From assembly GCA_964106915.2 (NCBI GenBank), contig OZ066916.1: a DNA stretch of 64,000 bases. One strand, written 5' to 3'. This DNA is from Podarcis gaigeae (lineage: Eukaryota). Both the position numbers and the translations under genes were made by a program. Positions within the stretch are counted from its first letter, which is position 1. Each line of letters starts with the position of its first letter. A model generated the notes under the pieces. That model was not told the origin of the DNA and ran no database searches. It saw only the letters and a list, made by a program, of their open reading frames with translations. Of this stretch, positions 12,409-24,183 are shown piece by piece.

Positions 12409-13389
12409 CTGTACACAGGATGGTGTTGAGGTTGTTTATTTCCCCCCCAATAGATCAAGGGCTCTTTTTATTTTTTATTATTTTTAAAGAAGTAAATAGA
12501 ACTTAGTCAATTAAAGAGGATATAAGGCAATCTGTCAAATGCCAACAGAAGCAGAAATAGAATCAAAGCAATCTTTTATAAAGTCCCAGTCAATGAGTGC
12601 ACACATTTTACTTCTCTAATTCACAAGAAGTCACAAGAAACACAAGAAGTTCTTACATGGTAAATTTTGTTAATTTTTGTTTAAAAAAATAAATCTGATG
12701 GCTCTCAGTCAATTCAGTTAGCATTTCAGAGTAAAGAGCAGAGTTTTGATTTCAAAACTGCACTGGAAGGTTAAACACACATTCAGATATTGGAAGAGTT
12801 GCCCACATCAGTGATCTCCAAATCTTTGAGCCAGCTGGCTCTTCTTTCAGACTTCATATTGGCCTACGTTGGATGGCTAAAAGACAAGACTTCAGTGATT
12901 CCTTCACAAATTATAATTTCTTCATTGGTTTGGCTTAAGCTTCTCCTCTCCATCCACAAATTTATATTGTTTCAAAGGTTTCCCCACAAGGTTGTAACAG
13001 ATTGATCTGCAGGTGGCCTTTGCTTGTGGATTTATTGTTCTGTTGAAATGTCTACTTGATTGGTTTTAGCTAAATTTGAAACTGCCAAAAAAAAAAAAAA
13101 TGCATTCCATAATTTTTATGGTTTCCTTTCTTTTGCCTTCAGCACTGTTCTGCCCAAGGATGAAAGCAGATTCTTTAAGTACTGTTTAAACACAGTAGTA
13201 GACTTTAAAATCCCATGATCAGCAGTTACTAAACTATATGGCAGGAGGAGGGGCTCAAAAGCCTTTGTGGAAGGAGATCACACCACCATGTTGAAATCAT
13301 TTGGATGTAATACTAAACCATGGTTGAGCATGATGTGTACAAGACAGGAGATTGGAAGCATCTACCTTCCATGTTTAAAGTAGTCAGAG

Positions 13390-13772
13390 TTTGTTTTTAT
13401 GTCTTTAAACTAGGATGGAGGACAGATCAGTCTGTTCCCAGTCCTTGTCAGTTTTTTATATGTCCTTTCACAAGCACATTCCCTCCTCTTCCTGCATTAA
13501 TCTGTCATTTTTTAAAAAAAGAAATCTATATATTTAAATACATATTTTAAAATACTTTCTTGAAAAAAATGCACTTCTGAACATACTTTGAGAAGAGAGC
13601 ATGTATTTCCACATATTTAAATAGGCATTTTGACACATTTTCCAATAACTAGAATGCATAATTCATAGAAATGTGAAATCTGCAGGATTACCACTTTATG
13701 AGCCTCACATTGGTCCAAGAGTTGTGGATCAGATCAGTTCATAACAGAATTCACAGAGTATTCTTTCACCCT
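13390..13772. mobile_element. Old non-autonomous DNA transposon remnant
   Basis: Starts taggatggagg, ends ctttcaccct; AT-rich atgca/tgcat interior similar in style to 47833-48213 and 50825-51207. Confidence 0.4.
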
Positions 13773-14146
13773 CAAGCATCCTTACTTTGGCTTATGGGGA
13801 AAAAACACAATGGTTTTAAATGTATTCTTTCAAACTATTCCTCTGGTGTCTGTTCCCGGCTTGTACCAATATACCAAAGTTTAAACTAACCGCAGTTCCC
13901 AAACTGTGGCTGATTTTAAGTGGAAAGTGTATTTTTCCAAACTATTCCTCTGACAATCACTAGAGGGAGAAAGGAGGCTAAACTTCGGCTCACTGTTATA
14001 TCTAAACTAGGCCTATGCTCCTCAGAGCAGGCATTCCTCATGTGCCATTAAATCCTTCTCTCTGCCAAGATATAAGAAGTGGTACCATCATATGGAAGGA
14101 AGGAAGGCAGATGCAGTGAAATTTTCTGATGCAGTTTGAGCTACAG

Positions 14147-14177
<31 letters not shown>

Positions 14178-14332
14178 GAGGTTCCCCAAAACACCACCAT
14201 TGCCCAGAAGGTATGACCCTGATCCCTGAAATCTGACATTCTGGGCAAAGGAAGGAACAACAGACTAGATTGCAACACTGGGCTATTCAGCTGCAGGAAG
14301 TAGAATGCCTGCCCTGTATTTTGGGATCCAGT

Positions 14333-14387
14333 TGCGCGCGCGCGCGCACACACACACACACACATACATACTGTGTGTGTGTGTGTA
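14333..14387. repeat. (CG)6(CA)n...(TG)n alternating purine-pyrimidine tract
   Basis: Seen directly. Confidence 0.9.
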
Positions 14388-14764
14388 TTCAGAAGAGCTG
14401 GTGCAGTGGGGTGGTTCTGTTGAGCTGCCCTCCTGATGTCAGCCTTGCTCATGCCCACCTGAATGGTTTGTGGGTGAGCAGAGGAGTGTAAGATTGGAGA
14501 AGCATGGACACACCAGCAGGAGTTCTGAATTGACTCCACCAGTGTGCCCATGCGACCCTGACTTCACTTCCACCCTGCCCTGCTCATACACCATCCAGGT
14601 AAATGGCTGTGATACCTGTTTTGGAAGGATAGCTCCACGGCTTTGCCCCACCATGCCACCCACTCCTGTGTATATCTGTTTTAGTCCTAGTGAGTACCTT
14701 GAATATCAGTCCAGAAAACAACAGTGCCTTAAATATCAAAATTTGGGATATACTGCCCTAGAGC

Positions 14765-14891
14765 CAGTGCTTTTTTTCTAAAAAATGTTTAGGGATACTC
14801 TCATATTCCTACTCATATTGAAATATTGCCACTCAATGAGGCCAAACTTAGATTCACAAAATGTTTCACGTACCCCCAGAAAAAAGCACTG
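14765..14891. mobile_element. hAT-like MITE
   Basis: TIR CAGTGCTTTTTT...AAAAAAGCACTG; right TSD lost in the gap. Confidence 0.75.
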
Positions 14892-14892
14892 C

Positions 14893-15066
14893 NNNNNNNN
14901 NNNNNNNNNNNNNNNNNNNNNNNNNNNNNNNNNNNNNNNNNNNNNNNNNNNNNNNNNNNNNNNNNNNNNNNNNNNNNNNNNNNNNNNNNNNNNNNNNNNN
15001 NNNNNNNNNNNNNNNNNNNNNNNNNNNNNNNNNNNNNNNNNNNNNNNNNNNNNNNNNNNNNNNNNN
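14893..15066. other. Assembly gap (N run)
   Basis: N characters. Confidence 1.
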
Positions 15067-15630
15067 GGAAGAGACCACAAGGGCCATCGAGTCCAACCCC
15101 CTGCCAAGCAGGAAACACCATCAAAGCACTCCTGACATATGGTTGTCAAGCCTCTGCTTAAAGACCTCCAAAGAAGGAGACTCCACCACACTCCTTGGCA
15201 GCAAATTCCACTGTCGAACAGCTCTTACTGTTCTTCCTAATGTTTAGGTGGAATCTTCTTTCTTGTAGTTTGGATCCATTGCTCTGTGTCCGCTTCTCTG
15301 GAGCAGCAGAAAACACCCTTTCTCCCTCCTCTATGTGACATCCTTTTATATATTTGAACATGGCTATCATATCACCCCTTAACCTCCTCTTCTCCAGGCT
15401 AAACATGCCCAGCTCCCTTAGCCGTTCCTCATAAGGCATCGTTTCCAGGCCTTTGACCATTTTGGTTGCCCTCCTCTGGACACGTTCCAGTTTGTCAGTG
15501 TCCTTCTTGAACTGTGGTGCCCAGAACTGGACACAGTACTCCAGGTGAGGTCTGACCAGAGCAGAATACAGTGGCACTATTACTTCCCTTGATCTAGATG
15601 CTATACTCCTATTGATGCAGCCCAGAATTG
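15067..15630 (-). mobile_element. CR1 LINE, 5'-truncated 3' end
   Basis: ORF 15158-15577: [63 protein letters not shown], the canonical CR1 ORF2 C-terminus; 3' UTR runs into the gap. Confidence 0.95.
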
Positions 15631-16150
15631 GCTCTATCTATCATCTATCTATCATCTTATCTATCTTTCCATCTAGAAGCTCAGTAGTGATATTGGCTTT
15701 GTGGTGGTTCCTTCTCCTCTCTCTTTATGTAAAGTTATATTTTTGACTCCAGACTATAAAGATCTCCAGATTAAAATTACCTCCCTTATCATGCTTGTGT
15801 GAAAACACTGTCACTCTGGCACATGTGTCAGCTTGGGAGACACTCCAAAGCCCACAGAGGTGAATGGAAATACTCCATTTGACTGCAGTGGGCTCCACTA
15901 GGTATTGTCATTGGTGAAGTCGTCCAACTGGCTTGTCTACCGCACAGAGATCCCAAAGCTGTTATTAATCTTAAATTTGGTTGAAAAAGAAACTAGTCAA
16001 TAGCCTCATTCAAAAGCTATTTTAGGGAAGTTTGGACAGCAGCTATGAATTCACATATTGGACAAGGAAGAATTCCATATAGAGGGCTTTATTCCTCTAG
16101 AAGAGGAAAGCAAACTGAGGAGGGAACTCTTTGCTCCAACAGAAAGTATA

Positions 16151-16379
16151 CAGTGGTACCTCGCGTTACATAAGCTTCAGGTTACAGACTCCACTAACCC
16201 AAAAATAGTACCTCGGGTTAAGAACTTTGCTTCAGGATGAGAACAGAAATCGCACGGTGGCGGTGACGCAGCAGCAGCAGGAAGCCCCATTAGCTAAAGT
16301 GGTGCTTCAGGTTAGGAACAGTTTCAGGCTAAGAACGGACCTCCGGAACAAATTAAGTACGTAACCAGAGGTACCACTG
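16151..16379. mobile_element. Tc1/mariner MITE, copy 2 (opposite orientation to copy 1)
   Basis: TIR CAGTGGTACCTC...GAGGTACCACTG, left TA intact, right flank TT. Confidence 0.9.
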
Positions 16380-16837
16380 TTTCTGCAACTCCCCCCTCCC
16401 CAGTATTGATGTGCGAGTTACCCTCAGTTCAGTTTTTAGAAGGATTTGCAAATTTTGAGCAGCAACATTGGCTGTTTGGAGAAAAGTGAAGTTTGTTTCC
16501 CTGCCCAAGAGTTCTAAATTGGCTGACAATGTGGAAGTTGTAGCACAAAGGTTGTGGAAGGTGGTGTGTTTTCTGCCTCACCCTGTGAGGACAGCTTCTA
16601 AAGGCCTAGTCAACCTGTTAAGAATTCTAGCTTAGCATGGGCAAAGTTTTCTTTTATTCTGAGTCTTGTGTGAAGTTTTGTGTTCATGCTTGCAGCTCAT
16701 AAAAATAAAGAGCTGGGTGGCAAATGTAGGTCATATCTTGATCAGAAGATGACAAGTCAGAATTAGTTTGAATTAAATTGTAGAAAGACCTGCAGTCAGC
16801 ATAACTTGGAACTTTAAGACAAAGAAGTGGTGTTGGG

Positions 16838-16842
<5 letters not shown>

Positions 16843-16890
<48 letters not shown>
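16843..16890. repeat. (GA)n microsatellite
   Basis: Seen directly. Confidence 0.95.
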
Positions 16891-16895
<5 letters not shown>

Positions 16896-17977
16896 GGGGG
16901 ATGTTAATTGCTTTTTTTAAAAAGCATTCCTATGGTTAATATTTCAAAAATCAAAATTCATACTAGATGACATGGGGTTCTAGGAAAGCAGATTAATACT
17001 AAGACTTTTGTTCCATATTTTAGGGAGTCTTGGGGGACAATCCAAACTCAAGATCCACAACAAATAACAATAAAACAGGAAAAGCAATATAAAATCCTCA
17101 GATATTACAACTAGTATCAGTGGCCTGAAACAGCAGAGGCCTACATCGTATAATAAATTACAATAATTAAAAATGGAACAAACATTTCAGGGCAATGGAG
17201 TTTGACTTATAATGAAATGAAGTTTTGCCATATGGGAAAATTTGCATCCCAGTCGTCTTGTAATACATTATTCACACTTTAGCAGCATCACTGGGCTCCT
17301 GCATCTTTAACAGATAACTGACAAGCAGAATTTCAGCTGGTCTCCTTTTTTGCAGCATGCTGTGATTGTGAAATGCAGCCCCTTTGGAATTCCTGCTTGT
17401 CCCACAGCTGTGAGTTGCTAACTTAGCACAGTGAGACTGGCCAATCCAACTCTGCAAAAGGTGTCCCCCAAAACACACTAATTTGTTTCTTTTTCTTGTT
17501 TACCTTTACCTGAACCCTTTTTTTAAAAATGTAACTGAGCTCAAATACAGCTAGGCCTTTCTTTTTCCACATTCCCATTAGTGAGCATTGTAAGAAATAA
17601 TGTTCCTTCGCCTTGCTTCTAGAGTTACCAGCTTTGGTGTTTTGGCTCTAGTTCAGTGCCTCAAACGGCATTCTGACATGCAAAAATAAAGCAGGTGAAG
17701 CGTTTCCAAGGACTTCCTCTCCATGCTAAGAAAAAGTGGCTTCGTTGATTAACAAGCTGCTATTAACAGCACAGGAGCAGGGCCATTAACCTGTCAATTC
17801 TGCCTGTACCACTGTTCAACCTTGTGACACAATTCCAAACCTTTTTTGCATGCATTCTTTTTGCAGAAATAGTCCCAGAGATAAAAACAGCTGGAGTCCC
17901 ACAAGAGAAGAGTGGACCAGACCTCAGTCCTTGCTTGCTCTGCATGGAAAAGATCCCTCTCATTCTTCCATTGTAGG

Positions 17978-18075
17978 ACAGCCTTTCCCAACCTGGTGCT
18001 CTTCAGATCTTGCTAGACAACAATTCCCGTCATCCCTGACTATTGGCCATGCTGGCTGGGCCTGATGGCAGCTGA
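17978..18075. mobile_element. hAT-Charlie (URR1-like) MITE, partial
   Basis: cagcctttcccaacctggtgctcttcagat...caattcccgtcatccctgac homologous to the left arm of 19056-19191. Confidence 0.7.
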
Positions 18076-18919
18076 AGAGAAGGAACAGGATGGGGAAGGG
18101 TGCTCTGCAAAGTGGAAAAACCCTAGCTGTTGGCATGCAGAATGTTTTTTTTACCGGAATGCACAAGACTGACATCTTCAAGATTCTCTGTGAAAAAGGC
18201 ATTGATGAAGTCGAAACACTCCCCCCCCTCCCAAATCAGGGCTCTCTCTGACATTTAAATCATGGGATTGGTAAAGCCAAAGCTCTGTAAATAAATAAGG
18301 CAAGCTTGATGTACACGCAGCATTTTCACAGGCAAGAATGTCAGAAAATGTGCCTAACTGGCTTATTCTGTTGGTAGTTCATGGAAAAATGATATGTAGA
18401 TGGTTAGCATTCAATGCCAGGATCAACATGCTTTCTTTTCCTAGAAGCTGGAGATTTAAAGATTTTTTTCCATCAAATGGATTTTTGCAAGGATTTATAT
18501 ATCCTGCAAAACTTGGCTTGACCTATATTATTCCTTACCCCACTTTGGAAAATTATTTTTTTTTTAAATAAAAAATACCCCCCCCCTCAATCTGTCATAA
18601 AAACAGAAAAGATGGGCCTGCTTAATGAAATGCAAAGGATTCATTGCGGGCATTTCTTCTTCCCACCTTTTATTTGCAGAATATTTAATTAGTATAATTA
18701 GCCGATGTGTCATAATGCTGCTTAATGTAAGGCCACCCAAACTTTGCCCGGCAGGCCCTTTTATGAACACAAATGACCTCTTAAAAAGAAGAAGCAAAAA
18801 TACATATTGCATCTGCAAAACCTGCAGGTGTTAAGGGGAGGAAGTGTTTGTAGGAAGAAAACAGCTGGTGAACAAATTAAGCTGCTGTATACTGACTGAA
18901 GCTATTGGTCCACCTAGCT

Positions 18920-19047
18920 TAGGGATGAGGAGCCTGGTACCCCTCCAGATGTTGTTGAAGTCCTCATCCCATCAGGCACAGCTAGCATGGCCATTGGATA
19001 AGGTTGATGAGAGTTGTAGTCCAGCAACATCTGGTTCCCCATCGCTG
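18920..19047. mobile_element. hAT-Charlie (URR1-like) MITE, old copy
   Basis: ccagatgttg...gagttgtagtccagcaacatctgg inverted arms; directly abuts the young copy. Confidence 0.7.
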
Positions 19048-19055
19048 CTCTAGGC

Positions 19056-19191
19056 CAGTGTTTCCCAACCTTGTGCCTCCAGATGTTTTTGGCCTACAAC
19101 TCCCATCATCCCTGACCACTGGTCTTGCTAGCTAGGGATGATGGGAGTTGTAGGCCAAAAACATCTGGAGGCACAAGGTTGGGAAACACTG
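19056..19191. mobile_element. hAT-Charlie (URR1-like) palindromic MITE, young copy
   Basis: Perfect 58-bp inverted arms, 20-nt loop, perfect 8-bp TSD CTCTAGGC. Confidence 0.95.
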
Positions 19192-20024
19192 CTCTAGGCA
19201 ACTCTCTGTGAGAAGCAGCCACTCCTGACATAGCCGACAGTGAGGTAGGACTCACCTGACCTCCCTCTGAGTTGCTATTGCATACTAGGGAGGGATGGTT
19301 CACACCTGCTGGTGGAGTGAATCCGGTGAACCTGCTACCGTGTTCACACCATACCAACCTCATTACTGCCTCCCTCTCTTTGCCCTGGTATGCCCCAGTG
19401 ACTCATCCAGAAGGAGGTCAGGTGAGCAGTGCACCCCCATCATGGTGTCTGCCAGTGCTTGGTGGTGTGAAGTGGAGGTCTCCCCCAGTCCTGTAAATAC
19501 ATCTCCCATTAGCAATATGAGCCAAGTGGGGTTGGAAATCCAATGTGCTTAATGCCTTAGGTAAAAATTAGAATAAGTTCACACCACAAAAATTAAGTTG
19601 CACAGTAGAAAAACAATGTACTCCCCTGCTTCCTACTTTCATTAATTTAGAATCAATTTAATGCATCTCATTTTAGCTGAGTTAGTTTCATTATAGGTAA
19701 AAATCACAAAAGATATTGGAGGACAGAGCTGCCCTGTGCTTCCTAAGCTAGCCTACTGCTCTCAGGGGCAGTAGAAGACATAATCCCTTTGCTAGTGTTC
19801 AAGATAGGTTGATTCAGATTCAATAAAGATTCAGCTGACACTAAAGTCTGTTTTCTGCTCATGGAATTGAAGGGAAGGGTGCCATCTTGTACTTTGCCTC
19901 AGGCAGCAAGCTGACTGGGCTGGTCGTGACTGTGGTTGCTGGAATCGCTGAAATATCTCTCCCACTTTTGGTTCCTGTTTTGACAGGAAAGTGTGTGGTG
20001 CATTTTGAAATAAATAAATAAATA

Positions 20025-20295
20025 TGTCTCCTCACCCGCAAACCATTTGGATGGTTTCTGAGACTGACAGAAAAGCACGTTATAAACAATAAACATAAGA
20101 TAGTTTAATCTTTAGGAAACGCCTAAGGAGCATAAACAACCGGCCAACCATGTCAACAGATTGTCTCCCAACAAGTTTTTTGTGGTAGGGGTTGTCACTG
20201 CATTTAACCGTGGAGAGGCAATCTAGTTATGAAGTCTGTGTTTGTGTGACTACACTGTGGTTGGGAGTGCTTATGTGAGTATTCTGGGTGTGACA
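20025..20295. mobile_element. Possible old solo LTR
   Basis: tgtctc...gtgaca termini; TSD poorly matched (aaata/aaaac). Confidence 0.25.
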
Positions 20296-21770
20296 AAAAC
20301 CAGCTCCGAGTTCACTGATGCTATAGCAGCAAGTCCCATTAGAAGTTAGGGAATGAGGAAGCAATATAACAGAATAACAGAGTTAGAGAGGGTCTAACTG
20401 GAGCAAGCTAAGTGGATTTATTTTTCTAGTCAGCTTTTGGAGGAGAAGGAGAATTGGCAAGCACTCTGCTGTTGCCCATGCTGTTGATGGGTGCCTCCTC
20501 TTCCACCCCTTCAGAAAAGTTGCTTTCTATTAGCAAAACCCATCTCCACCCCTTTGTTATTTTTTAGCCGATTATTGAGTACACTGGTTAAAGTCCCAGA
20601 TACTGAAAGAAGAATAAAAGTGCCCTAACAGGCACTGATTTGTTGTTTTTGGTGACTACATGAGAAATGAAAACAAATAAAGCTACTTGCTTTTCTAAAA
20701 GTAGCTCTCTTGTGGTGCTTGCGGTGCTTATTCCCCTTGTCCAGTTTCACTGAATTCATGGTCTTTGCAGCAAGCAGTTCCAAACCCCTCCCCGCAATTC
20801 GCACTCAGGGGAGGAAGACTGCACAACTCATCTTGTATATCCTCTCAGACTTAAAAACAAAACAAAACACAGAAAGAAACGCAATGTTCCCAAACTCAAG
20901 ACTACAGTACATAGTTTGGTTGCTTTGTCCATTAGGAATTATTGTTTCCCATTAGAGTCTATTACATTACAGTTGGTAATGGGTGACCACAACCTGTGGG
21001 CATTTCTTAGCTCTCCTTAACAACAACAGCACAGCTGTGTCCTCTGAAGCAATCTTTGAGCAGGAATAGTTGAGAACTGGTATAAATTATAAAGCTTTTG
21101 GCTCAACACCCAGGCCCTTTTCCCAATATAAGTCTTTTTAAAAAAACCAAAAACCAGCCCCTTTTATAGTCACCTCAGAAATACTGCTATGTGCCATACG
21201 AATGTTCGTGTTTAATGTGCTTTCCTTTGTTTTAATATGGTTTTGCTAAAGTCCATAATGAAACACAGAGCAGCTGTTTACAGAAGGATACATTAGAGCC
21301 TCCATCCCAGGATGACTGCCACTGGCATTTCCATTTTGGCACGAATCTGCGAAGAACTGTATTTAGGAAATTTTAATTTAATAATTGATTCAATTAGGTT
21401 TCAAATTAGAATGGGGGCAGTGGTTGTTTTCCTTTTTTCCTCGAAATAGAACACACCTCTCCTGGCAGTTGGGCAAGCACCGAATAGAAGCCAGGCTTCA
21501 TTCGACGTACAGGCTTGAATCCATTACAAAGATGACCCAAGAGATTTCTGTTCAAGCCTTACCTCTTCCACAGAGCTGTTGTTCAGCACTGGGCAAGTCA
21601 CTATCTCTTAGCTTCAACTCATCTATAGATTGCACTCTACATCACAGAGAGAACACAACAAGTGACAGAAAGCACACAGTGGCAGCTACAGTCCTCAACA
21701 CACATATCCCTATTGGACTCAGTAGTGCTGGGCACTTTCTGCTAAGCACACGGAGAGCTGGAATCTTATA

Positions 21771-21996
21771 CAGTGGTACCTCAGGTTAAGTACTTAATTC
21801 GTTCTGGAGGTCCGTTCTTAACCTGAAACTGTTCTTAACCTGAAGCACCACTTTAGCTAATGGGGCCTCCTGCTGCTGCCGCGCCGTCGGAGCACAATTT
21901 CTGTTCTCATCCTGAAGCAAAGTTCTTAACCTGAGGTAATATTTCTGGGTTAGTGGAGTCTGTAACCTGAAGCGTATATAGCCTGAGGTACCACTG
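21771..21996. mobile_element. Tc1/mariner MITE, copy 3
   Basis: TIR CAGTGGTACCTCAGG...CCTGAGGTACCACTG, TA TSD. Confidence 0.92.
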
Positions 21997-22720
21997 TAGT
22001 CCTACAAGAATCAGATAAGATGGGATAGGGCTGCAACTCAGATATGCCGCAACCTGAGATTTGCTCATTGAGGGATGTTCATCACATTTCATACACATGA
22101 CAAAGAAATCCCATGACGGCTCTTTGTCTGTTACTACTTTTATTGTTGTTGTTTGCTACTTGACAGAATCTCTATTCTCATGATCAACTCCCTGATCTTT
22201 ACAGAGCTGCTCTCTAGACGGCAGTGTTGCTGCAGACATTCATTACTGGAAAATGGAAAAACGAGCAACTATTTACAGGAATCTCAACTGTGTAATTTTG
22301 GCTTTTACTGAGGTATTGGTATTTTCACATGGCCTTCTTTGATGGTGTAATCCAGATTAATGCTTTTCTCTGTTAATATAAAATGTGGTCATCCCCAAAT
22401 ATTTTAGCTCTGGTGTGGCCATACCAGCATTTCCCTTTCAAAACCAACTTCTATGGCACATTAAGACATAAATGAACATTATTTTCCATGTTCCATGCAA
22501 TAAGAGCAAGACTAGAGCTTTTTCAGAAATCCTTTTTCTTGCTGTCCTGCTAAATAACTGAAGCAAGACAGGGAGCAGCGTGTCTCGGGGTTGCTTTAGG
22601 GTAACCAACGAGGTGGTCTGCCGCCACAACCACTTTATATTTTATATAACATTTTGAATTTGCAATAGATTTGCTTTCCTTCATTCTGTTTCTCACTGAA
22701 AAATGTCACAAGGAGAATCA

Positions 22721-23150
22721 TTGCGTGGACAGGCGGAGTCCCCAGAGCCCGCGTGGTCCCCCCCGTCATGTGGAATAACGACTCAAGACAACGTGCTATG
22801 GGATTAAATTGGCCACAACTTTATTAAATTTCAAATGTGGGTAGACCTTGACTCAGGCATTGGGCGTTCTTGCTCCCCAGTCCCCAGCCGGGGACTGAGG
22901 TTGGGTAGGGTGGGAGAAGCTCTGGAGCCAAGTGAGGATTCCCAGGTAAAATCCTCCCTCTATTGTGTGGGCAGGTAATCCCTCCGCTACCTGGCCTGGT
23001 CTCCTTGGCAACGCTTCCCCCAGGTGGGATTGGCCTATGCTGTTGGAGCCGCTCCAGACCTAGGGGCTGCACGCGTCCACGCAAAGGGCGCCCCCCCCCC
23101 CCCGTTTTAAGCAGGGAGCGGTCATTATTATCCACATAGAGTACAATCCT
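22721..23150. mobile_element. GC/CpG-rich LTR-like repeat fragment
   Basis: Abrupt GC and CpG rise, TTTATT (reverse polyA signal) about 100 nt inside the left end; termini and TSD not resolved. Confidence 0.35.
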
Positions 23151-23485
23151 GTGCATGCCTCCTCAGAGCCTAAGTCCACATGATGCTAAGTGCATCACTG
23201 CCAATCATGATGTGGTTAAAAATAATAATGCACCTGAGGGCAATTTTAATTGGGGTGCACAGCATGCAGGGCAGGGATGTTTACTGCTCCCACCTCACAA
23301 TAAGAATATTCCCCACTGGTTCCAAGGGCACTACCTGCAACATGGTAGGGGTTTTTCATTGAAATTGGAGTGAGGGCACCCCCCTTGCTGCACTCCTCAA
23401 TAAAATCACCTCATGCCCATATTTAAAAACAAGCAACAATGTGATTTAGCATGATTCAATTAGCATCACAGGTAGGTAATTCCAA

Positions 23486-23530
<45 letters not shown>

Positions 23531-24183
23531 TATACCCCGTCCTCCCCAGCCAAGGCCAGGCTCAGGGCAGCTAACAAGCAATAATAAAAACAAGTTGAAT
23601 GAATACAACTTAAAAACAAGATTAAAATACAACATTAAAATATTGAAACATTAAAATATTAAAATGCAGCCTCATCACAGGAGGAGAAAGGAAAAAGAAA
23701 AAAGAGAGGGGGAGGGAATCAAATTGGCTCCAAGCCAAAGGCCAGGCGGAACAACTCTGTCTTACAGGCCCTGAGGAAAGAAATCAGATCCTGCAGGGCC
23801 CTGGTCTCATGAGGCAGAGCGTTCCAGAAGCCGGAGCCAGAGTTGAAAAGGCCCTGGCTCTGGTTGAAGCCAATTTAACTTCCTTAGGGCCCGGGACCAC
23901 TAGGGCGTTGCTATTTATGGACCTTGAGGCTCTCTGTGGGGCATACCAGGAGAGGCAGTCCCGTAGGTACGAGGGTCCTAGGCCGTGAAAGGCTTTAAAG
24001 GTCAAAACCAGCACCTTAAATCTGACCCTGTAGTCCACCGGGAGCCAATGCAGCTGCAAAAGGAGCCTCGCTGCTGCATTCTGCATCCGCTGGAGTTTCT
24101 GGGACAGCTTCAAGGGCAGCCCCGCGTAGAGTGAATTACAGTAGTCAAGCCTGGAGGTGACCGTTGCATGGATCACTGTGGCG
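23486..24183 (-). mobile_element. L2-clade LINE 3' end with (TAA)n tail
   Basis: ORF 23784-24176: IHATVTSRLDYCNSLYAGLP...LQ..QNAAARLL...LHWLPV..RVRFKVLVLTFKA.HGLGPSYL; (TTA)n at 23486-23531. Confidence 0.92.

Noticed and set aside
14778-15247. Several long ORFs spanning the first gap
   Set aside because: Artefacts of translating N runs
22824-23156. 110-aa G/P-rich ORF
   Set aside because: Lies within a GC-rich LTR-like repeat; no protein motif
23451-23654. Poly-leucine signal-peptide-like ORF
   Set aside because: Translation of the (TTA)n L2 tail
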